Virus record (IMG/VR): IMGVR_UViG_3300032293_001310
Span: 1-64,000 of that record
Origin: a virus
Direction: 5' to 3' (one strand)
DNA: 64,000 nucleotides
Every line of letters begins with the position of its first letter. The first letter of the stretch is position 1. Position numbers and translations under genes: made by a program. This document shows positions 39,646 through 50,101 of the stretch, piece by piece. Below the pieces are notes generated by a model that was given only the letters and a program-made list of their open reading frames with translations, had not been told where the DNA came from and ran no database searches.

Positions 39646-41991
39646 ATGAGTGATATCGTCACAGTAGTACCGTGGGGCTTACATCCGTTGTCTTCTTGGG
39701 TATTAGAAGAACTAAACAGAAGATCAAATGAGTATGGTCAAAATCCAAACATATCGGAGGACAACCCATATAGTGGACCAAAAACTGCGTGGGTACGAGT
39801 CTTTTCAAATGGAATATCAAAACATCCAGAAGCAAACAACATGGACGGATTTGTTCTCGGAGGAACTTATGGATTCAACGAAAGTTACGGATTTAATCTA
39901 GACGAAAAAATAACAATCGGAGTCGATGCCAAAGGAAATCCGCATAAAATATCAAAAGACACATCAAATACTCTTGACATATACAAAAAGCCAGTTTCTA
40001 GAAAAGATTTCCCGCATCGCCCTCCACCCAGTTTAGAATCCATATCGGTAGAATCTGGTGCAACCAGTCAGACATTTCCCGGATTGTGCAGAAAAATAAC
40101 AATAAATTGGAAATGTCATTCTCTTGCACAACTTAATTACATGACTCCGTATTTTTTGACTCCACGGATAACTTGTCTAGTAGAATGGGGATGGAATCAT
40201 TACGACACAAATGCCTTGGTGGATTTGACCGACTTGGACTGGATAAACAGCATGTTTGTTGATCCAAGTTATACTCTAAAATACATAAAAGAGTCGAACG
40301 GAAATTATGACGCGGGGCTAGGCTTTATCGTGGATTATGGATATAAAATGAATGATTACGGCGGATATGATTGTCATACCACCATAATAAACGCCAACAG
40401 TTTGTTGGCGGGTGAACAAATAAACAACAAAGAAGTTACTGTAAAACAAGGCAATGTACAATTACCAGTAAAGAGTTTTAGAGAGTTTGTAAAAAAAGAT
40501 ATTGAAAATATTGATTTGGACGCAAAAGAATATGTTGAAATGCGAAGACGATACAACTTAACCGGAAACATAAAAGAAAAAGTTTTTAGAGTTTCTAAAG
40601 TATCATCTGGATCGAGTAAGAACGCAGAAGCAATGTGGCTAAGAATGGATCTGGTACAAGACATAATAAATGCGTTTTTTCAAATAACGATGGAAGATCC
40701 AAAAACCGCTACCATAAGAAATTTTGATATAATGCAAACACGAATGGCGGCAAATCCATTCTTGAAATCTGCAAACGAAAATGTATTGGTACCGAATCAA
40801 TATGCACCAAGATTCACATACGAAGAAACATCGAATGTGGCACCAAGTGCAATACCAGAAAATAGTGAATATAATTTGTTATTTAAAGACAAGATTGAAA
40901 TTATATCAAAAAATTACGAAGGAATATCAAATAAGTTTGATAACTTGAAAGAAGTAATAAACAAGGGGGGAGATTCGTTTCCTGTATACTCTCCCATAAA
41001 TTTATATGATTCGGAAGGAAAACTTGCGCAGAAGTTGAGTTCTGGATATTGGGGTAATTTACGGGATCTTTTTATAAACGTAAAATATATTAAAAAGATT
41101 GTAGAAAACAACGATTCCGTTGTAAAAATGATCGAGCAATTGTTACAAGGAATCAATGAAGCCTTGTGTCAAATATGCCAATTGAAGATGATACCCGCAG
41201 AGTATGGAAATTCTAAATATTCGGTGTATGATCAAAATCTACCGGGAATAACTAGAAGTAATGACGCGGAAAGACTTCCCAGAATAACTCTCGGCGCGGT
41301 AGAGTCTTCGTATATAATGTCTGCAACTTTTGATGTAAAATTGAGTCAGGAAATGATGAATCAATTGGTGATGCAAAGCACAAATCCAGAAAAAGACCTC
41401 GATGGATCTACACAAACAACGAACGTCAAGGAAAAGCCGATAATAAGCAGATATTCGGCTGGAGATAGGCTTTATAGAAAAGGAGAATTAAAAACCATCA
41501 CAGACTCGTCCGCCGCGCCGGGATCGCAATCTCCGGAAGAAAAAAAGAAGCAAGCCGAAATGCAAAGAAAAAAGGAAGAAGAACGCCGAAAAGAAGAAGA
41601 AATACAGAGAAAGAAAAAACGACAAATTAGAGGAGAAAACAATAAAGATACATTCTTGGTCTATTATGAAGTCAATAAACAAAATCCAGACATTGTAAAC
41701 AAATACTTTTTATGCGAAAAGAATAAAGACTTTTTAAATTACGTGTTGACCTTACCGAATAAATCTGCACCTTATTTGAATAATGGAATAATGCCCGGAA
41801 CGACTTTGACTATAGAACTACTGGGAATTGCGGGAATTGACTATCTGTCGCAATTTACAATAGATCACGCTCCAGAAGCATACAATTTTACATCCGCTGT
41901 GTGGCAAGTGTCCGATATAAAACAAAACGTAAGCGATAAAAAGTGGATAACAACAATAACAGCCGAAGTAAGACCTCTCACAATATTATGA
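39646..41991 (+). CDS. Putative baseplate hub protein
   Basis: YFLTP..TCLVEWGW; C-term L.GIAGI.....F.I...P..Y.....WQV..I.Q.V....W.T.I; gene position. Confidence 0.55.
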   Translation: MSDIVTVVPWGLHPLSSWVLEELNRRSNEYGQNPNISEDNPYSGPKTAWVRVFSNGISKHPEANNMDGFVLGGTYGFNESYGFNLDEKITIGVDAKGNPHKISKDTSNTLDIYKKPVSRKDFPHRPPPSLESISVESGATSQTFPGLCRKITINWKCHSLAQLNYMTPYFLTPRITCLVEWGWNHYDTNALVDLTDLDWINSMFVDPSYTLKYIKESNGNYDAGLGFIVDYGYKMNDYGGYDCHTTIINANSLLAGEQINNKEVTVKQGNVQLPVKSFREFVKKDIENIDLDAKEYVEMRRRYNLTGNIKEKVFRVSKVSSGSSKNAEAMWLRMDLVQDIINAFFQITMEDPKTATIRNFDIMQTRMAANPFLKSANENVLVPNQYAPRFTYEETSNVAPSAIPENSEYNLLFKDKIEIISKNYEGISNKFDNLKEVINKGGDSFPVYSPINLYDSEGKLAQKLSSGYWGNLRDLFINVKYIKKIVENNDSVVKMIEQLLQGINEALCQICQLKMIPAEYGNSKYSVYDQNLPGITRSNDAERLPRITLGAVESSYIMSATFDVKLSQEMMNQLVMQSTNPEKDLDGSTQTTNVKEKPIISRYSAGDRLYRKGELKTITDSSAAPGSQSPEEKKKQAEMQRKKEEERRKEEEIQRKKKRQIRGENNKDTFLVYYEVNKQNPDIVNKYFLCEKNKDFLNYVLTLPNKSAPYLNNGIMPGTTLTIELLGIAGIDYLSQFTIDHAPEAYNFTSAVWQVSDIKQNVSDKKWITTITAEVRPLTIL

Positions 41992-42377
41992 TATACAATG
42001 AGACATTACCGATTCAATACGGAACATTTACCGAAATTGGTGCAACCACTAACATATTTATAAAAAAAACAACTCCATCAGCCGCCGACTATGCGCGGGG
42101 ATATGTAATTCGCACATTTGTTAAAAAAATAAACGAAAGTGTCATATACGAAATTGCGTATGTTGATAAGTCTACTATTAATGCAAATTTATATAAAACC
42201 GTACAAGTCAATTGGAAAATTACTGGACCAAAAAATAACATACACAAAGGCAACATTCTTGACAAAGCGGGCGTCATTGATCAAAATACTTTTGAAATAG
42301 ATAGAATAAAAAAAGAAGAAGGTGTGGATTTATCTTCTGTGCTGGCAAACAAACTCGAATACTGGCGAGGCAACTAA
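41988..42377 (+). CDS. Conserved hypothetical (baseplate region)
   Basis: ATG at 41988 (ATGA overlap); PS..DY.RGY..R.FVKK.N...W.ITG. Confidence 0.6.
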   Translation: MIYNETLPIQYGTFTEIGATTNIFIKKTTPSAADYARGYVIRTFVKKINESVIYEIAYVDKSTINANLYKTVQVNWKITGPKNNIHKGNILDKAGVIDQNTFEIDRIKKEEGVDLSSVLANKLEYWRGN

Positions 42378-42383
42378 AATAAG

Positions 42384-42411
42384 TTGACATTGTTCGCAAA
42401 TATGCCATATT
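42384..42411 (+). promoter_or_regulatory. sigma70-type promoter, probably leaderless
   Basis: TTGACA-N16-CATATT with extended TG; GTG start 6 nt downstream. Confidence 0.55.
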
Positions 42412-42417
42412 GCTCAT

Positions 42418-43785
42418 GTGCATATTGTAGAAACAACCGAAGACTATAACAACCTGTGTTCAATCATAAACTCTGAACACGTTTATATCAGTGCTGTTTG
42501 TTTGGATAATCAAAAGCATGTGTCCAACAACAACATATCACTGATATTCTTCTACTTTTATGTCAGCGACGACTATTGGTGTTTGCCTATAGACCACAAC
42601 GAGTGTATCTGCTTGGATAATAGTCTTGAGAACATCAAGGTCGTATTGCGTAATGCCAAGTTCCATAACAAGATAGTTTCAGACAAGAAGAATATTGTTC
42701 AGTTGTTTAGCGAGGATTATAACTTCATAGACATAGATGTGTTTAGATTTCTTGAGAATGGCCAACTGCCGTCTGAAGTTGAGACGACTAACTCGCACAG
42801 TTTCATTGATTTTCATTTCAAGAATATGTTTGATTTGAACAAGTGTGTGCCGGTATATAAGCACGCCAAAGTATTCACAGATAATGTTCAGAAGATAAAG
42901 AACATATACTTGTCTAATATTCGCGAGAAGGGATTTGTATTCACCAACAATGTTATGACTGACTTGTTTGCCAAGTTAGAGTCAAATGGGTTGTGCGTGA
43001 ATGAAGATTTTACTGATATTTTCGGCGAGGAACAAAATCGCCATATCAAGAACAATCTTGTATTCTCTCAATACAACCTGCTTACATCAACTGGTAGACC
43101 TTCTAATAGATTTGGCGGCGTCAATTATGCTGCTCTAAACAAAAATGATGGCAGCAGAAACTGCTTTGTAAGCAGATATGGCGACGATGGTATGCTTGTG
43201 ATGATGGACTATAATGCTTTTCATCCTCGTCTTATTGCTCACTTATCCAACTTCCAAATGGACGCCGCTGAAAATCCATACGCATATCTATCCAAGTATT
43301 ATTTCAACAAGTCCAATATAACCGACGAAGATATTGCCGTCGCTAAAGGATTTACATTTACACAGATATATGGTGGTATTGATAAGAAGTGGATACATAT
43401 TCCATATCTAAAGAAGGTCCAAGAATATATTGACCATCGCTGGAAGTTCTTTGAGGAGAATGGATATATAGAAACGCCAAAGTATGGCAGAAAAATCAAA
43501 CATTGTCATATTCAAGACCCCACTCCCAACAAACTATTCAACTATATACTACAGGCATTTGAGACAGAAATGGCAGTAGATGTGCTTGGCGAACTAATGA
43601 ACTATCTAAGCGATAAACGAACCAAGCCGGTGCTATATACATACGATAGCATATTGTTTGATGCTCATAAAAGCGATAAGATGCCTGTTATAAAAAGAAT
43701 AAAGAGCATAATGGAACGCGACAAGTTTCCGGTAAAAGTGTATGCAGGCAAGAATTATGGTGATATGAAACAGATTGCTCTATAA
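42418..43785 (+). CDS. Short, divergent family A DNA polymerase
   Basis: TSTGRPSN, motif A MDYNAFHPRL, motif B K..TF..IYG, NY.LQA, motif C YTYDSILFD. Confidence 0.8.
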   Translation: MHIVETTEDYNNLCSIINSEHVYISAVCLDNQKHVSNNNISLIFFYFYVSDDYWCLPIDHNECICLDNSLENIKVVLRNAKFHNKIVSDKKNIVQLFSEDYNFIDIDVFRFLENGQLPSEVETTNSHSFIDFHFKNMFDLNKCVPVYKHAKVFTDNVQKIKNIYLSNIREKGFVFTNNVMTDLFAKLESNGLCVNEDFTDIFGEEQNRHIKNNLVFSQYNLLTSTGRPSNRFGGVNYAALNKNDGSRNCFVSRYGDDGMLVMMDYNAFHPRLIAHLSNFQMDAAENPYAYLSKYYFNKSNITDEDIAVAKGFTFTQIYGGIDKKWIHIPYLKKVQEYIDHRWKFFEENGYIETPKYGRKIKHCHIQDPTPNKLFNYILQAFETEMAVDVLGELMNYLSDKRTKPVLYTYDSILFDAHKSDKMPVIKRIKSIMERDKFPVKVYAGKNYGDMKQIAL

Positions 43786-43860
43786 TATTTATAATAAGCG
43801 TATAACTCATATATACGAATATTTATATATTATGGAAAATTTGATGATTATAGTCACCGT

Positions 43861-44727
43861 ATGAAAAATATTTCTGATTTGATTGATTATGTAATTTCGG
43901 AGGCATCGTTGGATGCTAGAATATCCGACGGTATGCTGAACCTCAGTAATACTGAGCATATAGAAGTTGTAGCAGAAACAATGCATAAAATATGCGACGA
44001 TGACCAGTTGGTAACAGAATTCATAAAAACCATTTTGAACGAAGGGAAATATCCAGACCGTCAGGCATATAATAAAGAGGGTTGGTTGGTTACGTTTCCA
44101 TCCAAAGAGTATCGTGACGCGGCAATAAAAAAGGGAACACATGCCATATCAGACCCAACTCATGGTAGAGGTGGAATGAACTTGTACTATAAACGTAGGG
44201 GGAAACAGAAACGCCAAACTCAGCAAGCAACCACGGCGGTACAACCTCAAACTCAGCCGCAGAAAGCGCCAACTGGATCGTCCACATCGACAGGAGATGT
44301 AACAGCGACAACAGGACCAGACGCGCCAGTTGATCAACCTACCACACCTTCTAGTGCAGGTAAATCGGAAGTACCAGCAACCCCCGTCGGTCAACCGCCA
44401 AAAACACCAGAGAAAGTGCCCGCTATTACCCAGCCATCACCAACAGTCTCTTCCGAAAAACCAGATGATACTTCTACACCGGAAGCACCAAAACCGGTCG
44501 ATGTGCCCGCCGTAGATGTTCCTGTAGTAACAACTCCACCGGAACAATATTCTTCTATATCGAAGAAATTCGCGGACAAAAAAGGATGGAAAGCGGAACC
44601 ATATGGCGAATATAGAGACGCCGAAGGTAATACTGTAGCCGTAGTTGGATTGAGCGGAGAAGTTGTTCCCGTTAAGAGTGTTGACAGAGATGAATATAAA
44701 CTCTTTGCAGAAAAGAACATGATGTAA
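43861..44727 (+). CDS. Hypothetical protein with helical leader and Pro/Thr-rich linker
   Basis: MKNISDLIDYVISEA; ILNE site; low-complexity middle. Confidence 0.65.
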   Translation: MKNISDLIDYVISEASLDARISDGMLNLSNTEHIEVVAETMHKICDDDQLVTEFIKTILNEGKYPDRQAYNKEGWLVTFPSKEYRDAAIKKGTHAISDPTHGRGGMNLYYKRRGKQKRQTQQATTAVQPQTQPQKAPTGSSTSTGDVTATTGPDAPVDQPTTPSSAGKSEVPATPVGQPPKTPEKVPAITQPSPTVSSEKPDDTSTPEAPKPVDVPAVDVPVVTTPPEQYSSISKKFADKKGWKAEPYGEYRDAEGNTVAVVGLSGEVVPVKSVDRDEYKLFAEKNMM

Positions 44728-44728
44728 T

Positions 44729-45127
44729 ATGGCAGGCAGCAACGCACAACTTCTTTGTACTTTCGCAAAGTATAATACATATCAAACCGAAATAGATGCG
44801 TTGTCCGAGTATTACAACATACTTGAAAAGAAAGTGTATGTATTACAAAACGTCGCCAACAAGGACGAAATATTTCTGACATATAATGCCGAAAAGAACG
44901 GCAGTCAGTTTTATACCAATACAATTTCAGTTCATCGTAAAAAAGAACATAATATTATATACAGCATCAATGCTCTGAATGAACTCATAAAAGAGCAGAA
45001 TAATGGTATAGTATCAAATACATTTCAGATAAACTGGGAACAATATAAGAATTCGTTTATTACTGCCAGAGAAGGCAAAGTAAAAGTCACGCCAACACGG
45101 CTGATGAAGATTTATCAGATAAGTTAA
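44729..45127 (+). CDS. Conserved hypothetical phage protein upstream of SSB
   Basis: QLLCTF...TYN...TISVHRKKE.N..Y.INALN. Confidence 0.65.
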   Translation: MAGSNAQLLCTFAKYNTYQTEIDALSEYYNILEKKVYVLQNVANKDEIFLTYNAEKNGSQFYTNTISVHRKKEHNIIYSINALNELIKEQNNGIVSNTFQINWEQYKNSFITAREGKVKVTPTRLMKIYQIS

Positions 45128-45213
45128 GCATAAACTTTCTTTAGTTTATAGTTATAGATACTTAACGAATGACTGATTAACCATTGAAAAAATAGCCAAC
45201 GGCTTATTATAGA

Positions 45214-45242
45214 TTGACGATTATCATTTATTGAGTCATAGT
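45214..45242 (+). promoter_or_regulatory. sigma70-type promoter of the SSB-recA operon
   Basis: TTGACG-N17-CATAGT. Confidence 0.55.
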
Positions 45243-45312
45243 ATTCAACATTGACCGAGTTGAGTACTTTCAAATTGGTCAAAACACATTAACAATTAAC
45301 GAATAAATAATT

Positions 45313-46137
45313 ATGTCATTAGACCTTAACAAAATTAAGTCGCGTCTTGATTCGCTCAAGAGCACACAAAACAAGACCACCGCTGTGTGGAAGCCAACAC
45401 CGGGCAAAAACGTAATCCGAATCGTTCCTTATGCTCACAATCCTGAAAATCCGTTCATTGAACTGCTTTTCCATTACAACATGAACGGTAAGACATATCT
45501 GTCTCCTGCTTCATTCGGTCGTCCCGATCCTATCGTCGAGTTTGCCAATAAACTCAAGAAGAGCGGAGACAAGGAAGAGTGGAAGACTGGTCGCTCGCTC
45601 GAGCCCAAGCTTCGTACATATGTACCTGTTCTCGTTCGTGGAGCAGAACACGAAGGTGTGAAGTTCTGGGGTATGGGCAAGCAGGTTTATCAGGAAATTT
45701 TGAGTATCATTGCTGATGCCGACTATGGCGATATTACTGATCTGCGTGCAGGTCGTGACATCGTTGTAGAATTCAAGACTGCGGAAGAGACCGGAAAGTC
45801 GTTCCCAGAAACCACTATTCGCGTAAAGCCAAATCAGACTCCCGCGTTTGATCCTTCTGATGCTACCATCAAAGAGAAGGTCAAGAATCAGAAGAACGTC
45901 ACAGAACTGTTCCCAGAACTGTCTTACGAAGAACTGGCCACTGTTATGGATACTTGGCTGAACTCCTCACAGGAGGCGGCTGAAGATGGTGAGACTGTTT
46001 CTGCCACTGCTGCTACCACTGAAGCAGAGCCAGCCGATGCTCCTGCACCAAAAAGTGCTACAACCAAGGCTGCTGTCAAGGCTCCATCTAACACAAAAGA
46101 TATTGCCGACGAATTCAACAATTTGTTCAACTCCTAA
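45313..46137 (+). CDS. Single-stranded DNA-binding protein (T4 gp32-like)
   Basis: WKP..G...IRIVP, PF.E..FHY, YGDITD...GRDI, acidic tail ending DEFNNLFNS. Confidence 0.85.
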   Translation: MSLDLNKIKSRLDSLKSTQNKTTAVWKPTPGKNVIRIVPYAHNPENPFIELLFHYNMNGKTYLSPASFGRPDPIVEFANKLKKSGDKEEWKTGRSLEPKLRTYVPVLVRGAEHEGVKFWGMGKQVYQEILSIIADADYGDITDLRAGRDIVVEFKTAEETGKSFPETTIRVKPNQTPAFDPSDATIKEKVKNQKNVTELFPELSYEELATVMDTWLNSSQEAAEDGETVSATAATTEAEPADAPAPKSATTKAAVKAPSNTKDIADEFNNLFNS

Positions 46138-46223
46138 GTTGAACATAGTAGTAGAATAAATGATGAGAAGATGGTGCGCCAGATGGAGTACTGGCGCACC
46201 ATTACTCAAATATACTATCATAT

Positions 46224-47444
46224 ATGAAAAAGAAAACTATTGAACACGAGATTGAATCATCTCGCGATGAACTGGCAGAAGCATTGGCTGACTCCATCAA
46301 CAAGAACAGCGACGGTAAAGTTGCTTTCTTCCTTGATGCAGAAGATGATCCTTCGCAAATTACTGACTGGGTTTCTACTGGAAATAGTCTCGTTGACTTG
46401 ACTATTGCCAATCGACCAAATGGTGGATTGCCTGTAGGAAGAATTACTGAACTAACTGGTCTTGAAGCATCTGGTAAGAGCCTTATGGGCGCGCACCTAC
46501 TTGCTGAGACCCAGAAGAAGGGTGGACTGGCAGTATTCATCGACACAGAAACTTCCGTATCTACGGATTTTCTAACAGCCATTGGTGTAGACGTTCCAAA
46601 GATGCTATATATCAATGTTGATACAGTAGAAGATGTTTTTGATAAGGTTGAAGAAATCATCACTCTTGTTCGCAAGAGCAGCAAGAATCGTCTTGTGACT
46701 ATTCTGGTTGACTCTGTTGCCGCTGCTTCTACAAAGAAGGAATTGGCAAGCGATCACGGTGCGGACGGTTTTGCCACCGGCAAAGCCATTGCCATCAGCA
46801 AGGCGATGAGAAAGATTACAGGACTTATTGCCAAACAGCGTGTATGCCTGTGCTTTACCAATCAACTTCGCCAAAAGGTGGGATTTGTTGGACTTGGTGA
46901 TCCTTGGACAACCAGCGGTGGTAAAGCAATTGCGTTTCACGCTTCGCTTCGCCTACGTCTAAAGCAGTTGAATCAAATCAAGAACTCTGATAAACAGACG
47001 GTTGGTATTCGTACCAAGTGCACTGTTGTCAAAAATCGTATGGGACCACCCATGCGAAGCGCTGAGTTTGACATCTACTTTGACCGAGGCATTGACAACT
47101 TCAGCAATTGGTTAGAACATCTCATTGAATGGGATATTGTAACTAATGCTAAGAAGCCAAAGATTGCAGGTGAAAAGAAGACAAAGAAACAGTTGGAAGA
47201 AGAAAAGGAAGAAGATAAGAAGGCAAAGAACCTACAATTCATTATGCCTGTCGAAGGCAAAGAACCCGAGACGGTTGTATTTGAAAAGAAGGACTTGCCT
47301 AAGTTGCTCAAAGACAGACCAGAGTGCAGAGACTATCTTTATAACAAACTTTGCGAAAATTTTGTTATGAAGTATAAGGCTCCAAACTCTGAAATGGCTG
47401 ATGACGTTGAATACGACGAAGCATCGGAAGGAGCAGACGACTAA
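46224..47444 (+). CDS. recA: RecA/UvsX recombinase
   Basis: GGLPVGRITE..G.EASGKS, IDTE, DSVAA, NQLR.K, TSGG.A..F.AS.R, KNRMGPP. Confidence 0.95.
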   Translation: MKKKTIEHEIESSRDELAEALADSINKNSDGKVAFFLDAEDDPSQITDWVSTGNSLVDLTIANRPNGGLPVGRITELTGLEASGKSLMGAHLLAETQKKGGLAVFIDTETSVSTDFLTAIGVDVPKMLYINVDTVEDVFDKVEEIITLVRKSSKNRLVTILVDSVAAASTKKELASDHGADGFATGKAIAISKAMRKITGLIAKQRVCLCFTNQLRQKVGFVGLGDPWTTSGGKAIAFHASLRLRLKQLNQIKNSDKQTVGIRTKCTVVKNRMGPPMRSAEFDIYFDRGIDNFSNWLEHLIEWDIVTNAKKPKIAGEKKTKKQLEEEKEEDKKAKNLQFIMPVEGKEPETVVFEKKDLPKLLKDRPECRDYLYNKLCENFVMKYKAPNSEMADDVEYDEASEGADD

Positions 47445-47486
47445 AATGATCGTGTGGAGTGAAATACCTTCACACGGTCCATATAA

Positions 47487-48554
47487 ATGCAGGAAGATAC
47501 TAAAAAGAAATTTGCTTCTATATTTTCTCAGATAAAGTCTGAGCACGCCAACTTGCCTGTAAATACCAAGAAGGAAAAGAACAGCGACATACTTGTTGTA
47601 GATGGTACCAATAACTTCATTCGTTGTTGGACTGTTGTTCCTACACTAAGTGATAATGGTGACCACGTTGGTGGAGTAACTGGATTTCTTACCAGTCTTG
47701 GATATGCTATAAAACTTCTTCGTCCTACAAGAGTTATTGTAGTATTTGACGGCAAAGGTGGAAGTCAGCGCCGCCGAGACATATATCCAGAATATAAGAA
47801 CAATCGTAAAGTATCTGTTCGTGTAAATAGAGCATATGAAGAAATGAGCGATCCTAAGACAGAACAGGAAGCGATGATTAATCAAATGGTAAAACTTATT
47901 GATTTTCTTCGCAGCCTGCCTGTAAGTGTCATTTCTATTGATTATATAGAAGCAGACGATGCTATTGCTTATATATCCACACAGATGTATCCAACATCCA
48001 AGATTACCATAATGAGCGGAGATAAGGACTTTATTCAACTTATCAATGATAGAGTATGTATCTGGAGTCCTATCAAAAAGAAGATATATGGCGTACAGGA
48101 TGTAATCAATGAATATGGTGTTCATCCCACTAACTTTATTTACTATCGTATATTAGAAGGCGATACTTCTGATAATATTGATGGCGTCAAAGGAGTTGGA
48201 CTCAAAACTGCCATCAAATGCTTTCCTATGCTTACAGAAAACAAGGAAACTTCAGTCGAAGAACTATTGCTTCGTGCCAAGGACTGTATAAACGAAAAGA
48301 AGATATATTCAAGCATTGTGGAACATTCCAAGATATTGAATAGAAACTATATGCTTATGCAACTAAAGAACCCAAGTTTTGCAGGTTCGTTGCAAATGAA
48401 AATATCTGATGCTGTAGAGAATGTATATGACTACAACAAGTTTCATTTTATACAAAAACTTACAGCACACGGTATGCACTCCACTATACCAAACTATCAC
48501 GTATGGTTGCAGGAAGTATTCTATCCTTTGCACGTTATGGCAAAAACTGAATAA
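47487..48554 (+). CDS. rnh: 5'-3' exonuclease/flap endonuclease (T4 RNase H-like)
   Basis: VVDG.N, VFDG.GGS..R..IYPEYK.NR, EADD.I, SGDKDF.QL, GD.SDNI.GVKGVG.KT. Confidence 0.9.
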   Translation: MQEDTKKKFASIFSQIKSEHANLPVNTKKEKNSDILVVDGTNNFIRCWTVVPTLSDNGDHVGGVTGFLTSLGYAIKLLRPTRVIVVFDGKGGSQRRRDIYPEYKNNRKVSVRVNRAYEEMSDPKTEQEAMINQMVKLIDFLRSLPVSVISIDYIEADDAIAYISTQMYPTSKITIMSGDKDFIQLINDRVCIWSPIKKKIYGVQDVINEYGVHPTNFIYYRILEGDTSDNIDGVKGVGLKTAIKCFPMLTENKETSVEELLLRAKDCINEKKIYSSIVEHSKILNRNYMLMQLKNPSFAGSLQMKISDAVENVYDYNKFHFIQKLTAHGMHSTIPNYHVWLQEVFYPLHVMAKTE

Positions 48555-48569
48555 TTTTTCTAAATCAAA

Positions 48570-48598
48570 TTGACGAAACTCCAAATGCGTCGTAATAT
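48570..48598 (+). promoter_or_regulatory. sigma70-type promoter
   Basis: TTGACG-N17-TAATAT upstream of the helicase. Confidence 0.55.
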
Positions 48599-48615
48599 TC
48601 TAAACATCATCATTT

Positions 48616-50013
48616 ATGGCTCCAGTAATCATCGACAACCTACACAAATATGGTCTTGACTTTCAGGTCAAAATCATCGCAAGCATCCTTACGGACAAGA
48701 CGTTTCTTGAACGTGTTGTTGACATCATAGAGATTGATGCCTTTGAAAACGAGGCACATCGCTGGATTGTAAAGGAAATCATTCAATATCACGCGGAATA
48801 TAAGGACTTGCCTACTATGCAAGTTTTCAAGGTGCGTGTTGATACTATTGAAAATGCCGACTTCAAGGCAACGGTGACAGATCACCTGAAGAGTGTTTAT
48901 CTCAAGATCAGTGAAAAGGATCTACAGTTTGTGCGTGAGCAGTTTCTTGAGTTCTGCAAGAACCAGAAACTCAAGAACGCCATCATTGAGTCCGTCGATC
49001 ACCTCAAGACAGGTGAATATGACAAGATCAAGGGTCTTGTTGATAAGGCAATGAAGGCGGGTATGGAACGCAATCTCGGTCATAACTATCACAAGGACGT
49101 TGCTACTCGTATGAGTGAAATGTGCCGCAACACCATTCCTACTGGATGGGATGTTATTGACTCTCTTATGGACGGCGGTCTTGGACCTGGCGAACTGGGC
49201 ATTGTTGTTGCCCCTGCTGGCATTGGCAAGAGTTGGCTGCTGTGCAGTCTCGGTGCCAAGGCAATGAAACGTGGCAAGAACATCGCACACTTCACGCTTG
49301 AACTGAATGAAAACTATGTTGGACTGCGATATGACTGCTGCTTTACACATATTGACTTTCAGGAAATCAAGCATCGCCAAGGCGAAGTTGAAGATATCAT
49401 CAAGAAGATTGACGGTAAGTTGTTTGTGAAGTATTTTCCGCTAAAGACGGTCAGTGCTCAATCGCTCAAGTTTCATATTGAACGTATTCAGGCACTTGAG
49501 AATGTCAAAATCAATGAAATGATTGTTGATTATGCCGATATTCTTCGTCCACAGGAAAAGGAAAAGAACAGCAACAGTTATAGTGAGGCTGGAAATATCT
49601 ATGAAGAACTGCGTCAAGTTGCAGGAGAACTACAGATTCCCGTTTGGACTGCTTCGCAAACAAACCGAAGCGGCGGTCAGGAAGACGTTGTTCAGGCACA
49701 TAATATCGCTGACTCGTATCGTAAGATTATGACCGCAGACTTTGTGTTCAGCGTAACACGAAACGTGCAAGACAAAGCCAACAATACCGCTCGTTGTCAT
49801 GTCATCAAGAACCGCTTTGGTCCTGACGGCATTACTTTGTATGCCAAAATGAATACAGGCAATGGAGATATTGAAATTTACGATGCCAAGTCAAAGGAAG
49901 CAATGGCTATTCAGTCCGGTATGGAAGACGATGAGTCTTCTATGAAGACAATGTTGAAGAATAAATGGAATAGTTCTCGCCAGAATCAAAATGGCGAAAA
50001 CGTTAATTTGTGA
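48616..50013 (+). CDS. dnaB: Replicative DnaB-like helicase (T4 gp41-like)
   Basis: GGLGPGEL....AP.GIGKS, TLEL, VDYAD, WTASQ.NR, KNRFG. Confidence 0.92.
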   Translation: MAPVIIDNLHKYGLDFQVKIIASILTDKTFLERVVDIIEIDAFENEAHRWIVKEIIQYHAEYKDLPTMQVFKVRVDTIENADFKATVTDHLKSVYLKISEKDLQFVREQFLEFCKNQKLKNAIIESVDHLKTGEYDKIKGLVDKAMKAGMERNLGHNYHKDVATRMSEMCRNTIPTGWDVIDSLMDGGLGPGELGIVVAPAGIGKSWLLCSLGAKAMKRGKNIAHFTLELNENYVGLRYDCCFTHIDFQEIKHRQGEVEDIIKKIDGKLFVKYFPLKTVSAQSLKFHIERIQALENVKINEMIVDYADILRPQEKEKNSNSYSEAGNIYEELRQVAGELQIPVWTASQTNRSGGQEDVVQAHNIADSYRKIMTADFVFSVTRNVQDKANNTARCHVIKNRFGPDGITLYAKMNTGNGDIEIYDAKSKEAMAIQSGMEDDESSMKTMLKNKWNSSRQNQNGENVNL

Positions 50014-50101
50014 GAAAATTTTGTAAAATTTTTTTGCATAATTTATTTTTTATAACACGTATTTATTCTCCACACAATAATACCAAGCGGAGGAAATTTT
50101 T

